From Promethearchaeota archaeon (GTDB taxonomy: Archaea; Asgardarchaeota; Lokiarchaeia; Sigyniarchaeales; SOKP01): DNA of 23,475 nucleotides. Every line of letters starts with the position of its first letter. Within the stretch, counting starts at the first letter, position 1. The position numbers and the translations under genes were made by a program. Positions 17,780 to 23,475 of the stretch are shown here, one piece after another. Under the pieces are notes generated by a model, which had not been told where the DNA came from, ran no database searches, and saw only the letters and a list, made by a program, of their open reading frames with translations. The stretch spans positions 1 to 23,475 of the forward strand of contig JABCSY010000062.1 of NCBI GenBank assembly GCA_018238625.1, given 5' to 3'.

Positions 17780-18484
17780 ATGGTCCAAGAATATTTTATT
17801 ATACTAATGCCAGCATTTTTATTGGGAATATTACACACACTCATTCCCTGCGAAGATAAAGCAATTTTCTTTTTTTGGTCGTTTGGAATAGCAAAGACGC
17901 CAAAAAAGAGTATTTATATCTTAATGCTTTATGGATTGGGATTGATTACTTCTAATATGATTATTGCATCAGTTACGGTTTTTATCACCCAAGTCCCAAG
18001 ATTTATTATACCCAGTTTTACACCAGACCCTGTAGTTATTAATTTCTTTGGAGCGTTTACATCTATGTTTGCGGGGATATTTTTTTTATTCTTCATTACA
18101 AGACGGGACTACTTGCCTCATTCTAAATATTTTAAGGACATTCCAAATTTAGATTGGGAATCAAAGAAAACGCCTTATGTTTTTGGAATCATAGCAGGAT
18201 TTGCTCCTTGTATATTTGAATTAATGATGTATTCTCAAGCTTTTCAATTATCTCTTGGATATGGATTCATAGAAGGTCTATTAGTAGTATTTTATTTCTC
18301 TGTAGGCACTTTTGTGGGATTGTTTCCACTTGCTTTAGCTAAACAAGGTACTTCGCTTATAGTTAAGCCAAAAGAAAGCAGAAAGAACACAATTTATTAC
18401 ATTATGCTACTAATAATTATAATTTTTAATACAACGGTTATGGTACTATCGCTTTTAGGAGTTTCTGTATTTCCAATCTTATAA
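17780..18484 (+). CDS. Six-TM membrane protein of the CcdA/DsbD_2/NicO(UreH, RcnA)-like superfamily
   Basis: GILHTLIPCEDK in TM1, GIIAGFAPC in TM4, and FSVGT in TM5. Confidence 0.65.
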   Translation: MVQEYFIILMPAFLLGILHTLIPCEDKAIFFFWSFGIAKTPKKSIYILMLYGLGLITSNMIIASVTVFITQVPRFIIPSFTPDPVVINFFGAFTSMFAGIFFLFFITRRDYLPHSKYFKDIPNLDWESKKTPYVFGIIAGFAPCIFELMMYSQAFQLSLGYGFIEGLLVVFYFSVGTFVGLFPLALAKQGTSLIVKPKESRKNTIYYIMLLIIIIFNTTVMVLSLLGVSVFPIL

Positions 18485-18699
18485 GACCCTATCGGGTTTA
18501 TTGGATTTATAGCTTTTTAAGTGATTAAATATAAACTAATGGTTTTTTTATATTTTTGATTCAAAAAATTAAAAACTTATCAATAATTCAAAAAAATCAA
18601 TCAATCAATAGTTGGTCTCATAAAATAATTTATATCAGTATTTTTATATACATTACAAACAAATCTATATTTTTCAACAATTATGGAGATAATTAGATA

Positions 18700-21069
18700 A
18701 TGGAATGCAAATTCTGCGAAAGTCAAAACATTTCTTTTACCTGTGAGAAATGCAAGTCAAGTTTTTGCATCCATCATATGGCTACAACGGAAAGCTGGCT
18801 CTGTAAAAAGCATGGAATACACTATTCAAAAGCAAGCGCCGCTGAAAAGTTTTATAAATGTACCGTTATTGAAAATAGTACGTGCCCTGAGTGCGAAGCG
18901 CTTTTAAGGTTAGAGAGACTGTCGTCTGGTCAATATTATTTAGAGTGCACGGATGAAACTTGTGCCTGGAACTCCTATTTAAAATCCCCCGGCTTATTTT
19001 TTCCTACTAAAGAACAATTAGCAAGAGAAGCAACTAAGTATAATTTAATTAAAGGATATCGGTTAAATTTATGTCGTAGGTCTTTAAAAAGGATAATCGG
19101 AAAAGAAGTTTGTCCTAATTGCTTTTTAGAATTTTTAAAGAGAGCACCAATCGCTAACTTCTCTACGATTATAGAGTCTTTTAATATATCCGCCCAACAA
19201 ATGATAAAATTAATTAATCGATACATCGACGAAGAGCGAATATATGGCATAATTGATCAGAAGGACCAAATGTTTTATTACATTTCGTACGAGATGAGAG
19301 AAAAAATTCTTTCAAAAATACAAAATAAGGGTATTTTGAAAGTAGCTGATTTAGCCGCCATGCTTGACATGAGTTCTGAAATAGCCATTAAAGTCATATA
19401 TAAATTAATAAGTCAATTTCAGATAAAAGGTTCATTCTCACAAACTAAGCATTTTTATTACACTCAAAAACATATTATGGATAATTTAATCAAAGAAATA
19501 AATAAAAAGGGAAGGATTTCGTTAGATAAGCTTGCGAAAGTTTTCGATATTCCAAAGGAACTATCAAAATCATTTTGCGTCAATTTAATGAGAACTAATG
19601 CCGTTACCGCGTTTTTTGCTGATCGTGGCAACGAAATTATTACATCTGATAGAATTTATAAAGAAATTAAAGATTTTTCTAAAGAAAACGGATTGTTTGA
19701 ACTAAATAAGCTTGCAAAAAAGTTAAAGATCGCAGTAGAACTCGCGAGGAAATCGCTCCACGACCTTATCAAATCGGGTTCGGTAAAAGGAATTTTCACT
19801 CAAAGAAGAGAATTTATGACGCGAAAATACCTTGAGGATAAAATAAAAGAACTAGCAAGAGCATATAGAACTATGCCTTTGAGAGAATTATCGAATCGAT
19901 TGGGGGTAACTGAATCCAGTATAGAAGAAAATCTAGCTCAATTAATTGGGAGGGGCGACATTGATGGTTACATTGACATGCATAAGAGAATTTTTATGGC
20001 TTATAGCGTCCCTCGAACACAAACAGGATCAACTCGCACGAAACAGAAAAAACCACAATCAATTGACGGGGGTAAAATTGAGGTTGTAAGGGATTACGAT
20101 TTTGAAGGTGGACAGTTACATTTCAAAGTAGCCGTTAGAAATAAGAGCAGTATGGCGATTAATAACGTTAAAGTTCTATTGGACGCACCCTCAAGTTATA
20201 AGATAAAACAACCATTAATTAATATACCTGTTATTGAAGCTAATAATAGTAGGGGAGTTGATTTTTATCTTGAACCAAAACAATGCGGAACATCGTCGAT
20301 CGGGGGTGATGTTATCTATAAGGACGCCCAAGGCACCAAGCACACTTTATATATCAAAAAAAGAGATGTAGAAATCAAATGTCCCTTAGTTTGCACTTCT
20401 ATGAGTACAATAGAGGATTGTCAAGTCGCAATACAAACTTTAGGAAACGACGCACGAGCGTTTTTAATCGCCGACTTAGATCCGCGATTAGCTTTTAGAG
20501 GAGCAATAAGAACTCTAAAAAACTTTGACACCAGCGCTGTTACTTCCCATGAAGGTTCAGATGCTAAAGGAAATTACGAAGGAGAGGCGTGGTTTTGTTC
20601 GGAAGCAAAAAATACTGGAGGGAGAATTATAACGAGAATTTACGTTTCCGAGATGAGTCAATCGTTAGAAGTAAGAGTCTGGTGTGGAAACCCAGGACAG
20701 CTTACAGGATTTTTAGCAAAAATTATCGAAATTCTCTTTGAGGAAATTAATATCATTCGGAAGATTAAGTCCGAAGAAAGGGAGAAAACCATTGATATTA
20801 TGGCAATCACTCAAAACTTAGCAGAAGTTAGCGATTATTGTATGCTAAGATGGAAAGCGCAGAATATAAGAAATAAACTACACGATACTTTTATTCGATT
20901 ACGTAAAGTAATAGGAGAAAAAGAAGCGATCTTAGGTAGAATTGAGTTTTGGTTGACACAGTTGAATAAGTACGGCAAAGACGATAAAATTAGCGATGAG
21001 GACGCCGATAAACTGGTGAACGATGTTGAAAAATTCAAAAACATTATTGCTCGAGCCATAAAATTGTGA
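18700..21069 (+). CDS. Multidomain protein: zinc fingers, five tandem winged-helix (PCI/DDRGK1/UFL1-like) repeats, adaptin-appendage-like Ig and platform domains, helical tail
   Basis: 789-aa ORF with GGAG SD. It has 16 candidate Cys/His ligands in aa 3-141, ~60-aa repeats in aa 141-436, a beta sandwich in aa 459-560 and an alpha/beta domain in aa 565-680. Domain calls are by motif recognition. Confidence 0.75.
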   Translation: MECKFCESQNISFTCEKCKSSFCIHHMATTESWLCKKHGIHYSKASAAEKFYKCTVIENSTCPECEALLRLERLSSGQYYLECTDETCAWNSYLKSPGLFFPTKEQLAREATKYNLIKGYRLNLCRRSLKRIIGKEVCPNCFLEFLKRAPIANFSTIIESFNISAQQMIKLINRYIDEERIYGIIDQKDQMFYYISYEMREKILSKIQNKGILKVADLAAMLDMSSEIAIKVIYKLISQFQIKGSFSQTKHFYYTQKHIMDNLIKEINKKGRISLDKLAKVFDIPKELSKSFCVNLMRTNAVTAFFADRGNEIITSDRIYKEIKDFSKENGLFELNKLAKKLKIAVELARKSLHDLIKSGSVKGIFTQRREFMTRKYLEDKIKELARAYRTMPLRELSNRLGVTESSIEENLAQLIGRGDIDGYIDMHKRIFMAYSVPRTQTGSTRTKQKKPQSIDGGKIEVVRDYDFEGGQLHFKVAVRNKSSMAINNVKVLLDAPSSYKIKQPLINIPVIEANNSRGVDFYLEPKQCGTSSIGGDVIYKDAQGTKHTLYIKKRDVEIKCPLVCTSMSTIEDCQVAIQTLGNDARAFLIADLDPRLAFRGAIRTLKNFDTSAVTSHEGSDAKGNYEGEAWFCSEAKNTGGRIITRIYVSEMSQSLEVRVWCGNPGQLTGFLAKIIEILFEEINIIRKIKSEEREKTIDIMAITQNLAEVSDYCMLRWKAQNIRNKLHDTFIRLRKVIGEKEAILGRIEFWLTQLNKYGKDDKISDEDADKLVNDVEKFKNIIARAIKL
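19120..20007 (+). repeat. Five protein-level winged-helix repeats of about 60 aa (180 nt)
   Basis: GILKVADLA (aa 211), GRISLDKLA (271), GLFELNKLA (331) and RTMPLRELS (390). Wings IYGIID (181), IKGSFS (242), VTAFFA (302), VKGIFT (362) and IDGYID (421). Confidence 0.8.
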
Positions 21070-21155
21070 TTATTTTTTCTAAAAACATTTATAAGTGTTA
21101 TGGCGAATTTATATTATTAAGATAGAAGAAGAGAAAAAATAAAAAGTGGAAAATT

Positions 21156-21581
21156 ATGCCAATAATTTCATTCTCAATTAATGAAAACCTAAAGCAATTT
21201 ATTAATAAACTAGTATCGAAAAATCAATACGAAAACAAATCTAAATTAATAAGAGATGCCTTATTAAGGCTAATGTCAGATATAGAGTTCTCAAATTTAG
21301 AGTCACAGGGAGAATCTTACGGAGAAACAATTCCAACTACTAAAAGAATTATTGGAAATATGATAATTGTAACTCCTCACGATCCAAATATTCAGAGAAA
21401 ATTAAATAAGATTGAGAGTAGATATAACGAGCAAATAGTAAATAAGAATCAACACTTTCAAGGAGAAAATCTAATAATTTTTATGATTTTTGAAGGAACT
21501 GTACATGATTTTCAAAGTATTGTAGTTGATGTAAATGGAATTGAAGAAATTAAGAATTTCCGTTATTTGATTATAAATTAG
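21156..21581 (+). CDS. NikR-like ribbon-helix-helix regulator with an ACT-like C-terminal domain
   Basis: MPIISFSINENL...YENKSKLIRDAL is an RHH signature, followed by IIGNMIIV...IFMIFEG. Most canonical Ni ligands are absent. Confidence 0.8.
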   Translation: MPIISFSINENLKQFINKLVSKNQYENKSKLIRDALLRLMSDIEFSNLESQGESYGETIPTTKRIIGNMIIVTPHDPNIQRKLNKIESRYNEQIVNKNQHFQGENLIIFMIFEGTVHDFQSIVVDVNGIEEIKNFRYLIIN

Positions 21582-21657
21582 ACTAAAATATAGCGTTCAA
21601 TATTATACTCTTTTTCAATATTACATTCACCTATTTTTACAATTACGCTACAACATT

Positions 21658-21692
21658 CCTATAGCTTTATTTAAAACTTATCAAGCTATAGG
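21658..21692. promoter_or_regulatory. Inverted repeat CCTATAGCTT-N15-AAGCTATAGG
   Basis: Perfect 10-bp arms between the NikR-like gene and the Fe-S gene. Function unknown. Confidence 0.6.
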
Positions 21693-21766
21693 CGTAACTT
21701 TAATAAATATATCTAATTTAATTCAGTAATTTGATGTTTTATTTTAGTAGAATTTAAACGAGAAAA

Positions 21767-23475
21767 ATGATTGAAAAAGAAGACAATATATACCGAAAGC
21801 TACAACAGCAATTAGATACTTTACCCATAGGCTTTCCTGCGACGAAATCAGGCGTAGAAATTCGATTGTTAAAATTTTTCTTTACTCTTGAAGAAGCAGA
21901 AATTGCTATTAACATGCGATTTATACCCGAATCTGTGAAAAAGATTTATCGTAGGGTTAAAAAAATAGTAAAATCCGTAGAAGAACTTAAGCACATTTTA
22001 GACAGAATGTATCATAAAGGTGCTATCAATCTAAAGAGAGAGATGGACGAAAATGGGGAAGAGATACTATATCACCTCGCCTTTTTAGCAGTAGGCATGT
22101 ATGAATATCAAGTAAAGTCGATTACAAAAGAATTTTATGAAGATATCGAGCTATACTTTGAAGAGGAATACCGAGATGAAATCGTAAGCACTAAAATCAA
22201 CCAATTACGAACTATTCCAGTTGAAGAAAGCATCACGCCAGAACACAATATTGCCACATACGACGAACTAAAAACAATAATTAAAAATACAGAGAAGATC
22301 GCTATAATGGATTGCATATGCCAAAAAGGGAAAGATCTAATCGGCGAATCGTGTAAACAGACGAATATACGCGAGCACTGCTTCGCTCTAAATAATTCTG
22401 CTCAACATGTCGTAGATATAAATAACGGAAGATTTATAACTAAGGATGACGCTTTAAACACACTTAAAAAAGCGCAAGAAGAAGGCTTAATTCTTCAACC
22501 TGGAAACGCTCAAGATCCGAATTTCATTTGTTGTTGTTGTGGATGTTGTTGCGATCTTATAACAAATTTAAAGAAACTTGAACGCCCTTGGGAAATGTTT
22601 TATTCTAATTATTACGCTACTGTTGATTCAGGCTCATGTATCGGCTGTGAAACCTGTTTAAATCGGTGTCAAATGGATGCTATTTCGATGGTCGAAGGTT
22701 TAGCCGTTGTTGAGCAAAAATTATGTATCGGGTGTGGTAATTGCGTAACAACTTGCCCAGAACAAGCAATAACGCTCGTAAGGAAAGATAAGGAGATGAT
22801 ACCTCCCAATACTACAACAGATTTATACTTAAAAATAATGGATAAAAAAGATAGAATAATACTAAGTTTGACACATGATAACCAAGAAATATCTCAAGAA
22901 GAAATCGCTAAAAAAATCCATCTATCCCAACCTTCCGTTGCTATACGTATCAAAAAACTCAAGGAGCGAGGATTTATTGATCGTATTATTGGTGTGAATC
23001 TAAATAAAGTTGGATTAAGCGTAGCGATGGTACAAGTAACGTCTACCAATACCGCCAGAGTTTTGAATGTGCTCCGTGATTGCCCGTTTTTCTTAAATGG
23101 ATTTGTTATATCAGGAAAAGAAAATTTAGTTCTTAAAAGACAAATGCAAGATACTCATAATGAAATGGTTCAAGCACAGATCAAACAGGCTTCTCTAGTG
23201 AAGTCTATGAGGGACGCATGGGTTTCTGCCATATCAGCTATGAATACTGGAATGGGTGGTTTTACAGAAATTATAATGAATGCTGAGACAAATACCGCTC
23301 AAATTCAGCAGTTAGATGGTGCGGTTAGATCATCTGTTAGTGGAGCGTATTCTGCTAGAGATGCTTTTGGAAGAGTTATAGAAGATGTTGGTTTTGCAGG
23401 TTCTGAAGTTATGAATCAGTTTGGAGATATAGTAGGCAGAGGAGGCAGGCAACTTTATGAAACAGCCTATACAAC
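21767..23475 (+). CDS. 4Fe-4S dicluster protein (21767 to ~22849), continuing in frame into an Lrp/AsnC fragment and an unrelated segment; 3'-partial, no stop in the window
   Basis: Translated by hand: MIEKEDNIYRKLQQQLDTLPIGFPATKSGVE...CICQ...ICCCCGCCC...CIGCETCLNRCQ...CIGCGNCVTTCP...PPNTTTDLYLKIMDKK, then open for 569 codons to the window end. Probably absent from the ORF track because it has no stop. Confidence 0.85.
   Translation, partial: MIEKEDNIYRKLQQQLDTLPIGFPATKSGVEIRLLKFFFTLEEAEIAINMRFIPESVKKIYRRVKKIVKSVEELKHILDRMYHKGAINLKREMDENGEEILYHLAFLAVGMYEYQVKSITKEFYEDIELYFEEEYRDEIVSTKINQLRTIPVEESITPEHNIATYDELKTIIKNTEKIAIMDCICQKGKDLIGESCKQTNIREHCFALNNSAQHVVDINNGRFITKDDALNTLKKAQEEGLILQPGNAQDPNFICCCCGCCCDLITNLKKLERPWEMFYSNYYATVDSGSCIGCETCLNRCQMDAISMVEGLAVVEQKLCIGCGNCVTTCPEQAITLVRKDKEMIPPNTTTDLYLKIMDKKDRIILSLTHDNQEISQEEIAKKIHLSQPSVAIRIKKLKERGFIDRIIGVNLNKVGLSVAMVQVTSTNTARVLNVLRDCPFFLNGFVISGKENLVLKRQMQDTHNEMVQAQIKQASLVKSMRDAWVSAISAMNTGMGGFTEIIMNAETNTAQIQQLDGAVRSSVSGAYSARDAFGRVIEDVGFAGSEVMNQFGDIVGRGGRQLYETAYT
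22838..23134 (+). other. Lrp/AsnC-family regulator segment, C-terminally truncated, embedded in frame in the terminal ORF
   Basis: MDKKDRIILSLTHDNQEISQEEIAKKIHLSQPSVAIRIKKLKERGFI is an Lrp HTH, followed by VNLNKVGL...CPFFLNGFVISGKENL. The RAM domain breaks off after the SG turn. Confidence 0.8.

Noticed and set aside
14889-22317. Antisense ORFs 14889..15149, 15757..16017, 17135..17317, 18975..19250, 20835..21059 and 22135..22317
   Set aside because: Shadows of longer, motif-supported genes on the + strand.
22528-22552. (TGT)n microsatellite
   Set aside because: It simply encodes the CCCCGCCC cysteine cluster of the Fe-S protein.

Overview
AT-rich (about 30% GC by eye) archaeal chromosomal fragment, most likely from an Asgard archaeon (Lokiarchaeia). 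This is inferred from BRE/TATA promoters, oligo-T terminators and the protein families present. Contents, left to right: a PC4-like hypothetical protein; a polytopic membrane protein; a decayed membrane-protein pseudogene; two tandem paralogous coiled-coil proteins with conserved head and tail motifs, both apparently initiating at non-canonical codons (GTT, ATT); an MgtC/DUF4010 membrane protein; an orphan beta-class DNA methyltransferase; an L-fucose isomerase-family enzyme; a divergent Feo iron-uptake locus (feoA, feoB, a membrane partner, a FeoC-like gene, two DtxR-family regulators, two DtxR-type operators); a haloalkane dehalogenase; two GT87/GT-C glycosyltransferase paralogs flanking a membrane-anchored surface protein; a CcdA/NicO-like membrane protein; a 789-aa multidomain protein; a NikR-like regulator; and a final ORF missing from the ORF track (21767 to window end). 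The 789-aa protein combines zinc fingers, five ~60-aa DDRGK1/UFL1/PCI-like winged-helix repeats and an adaptin-appendage-like module, and is the best novelty candidate. The final ORF joins a 4Fe-4S protein, a truncated Lrp regulator and an unrelated segment in frame, and may be an assembly chimera. No rRNA, tRNA, CRISPR array or transposase was seen. All family calls are from motif recognition by eye, not database searches.
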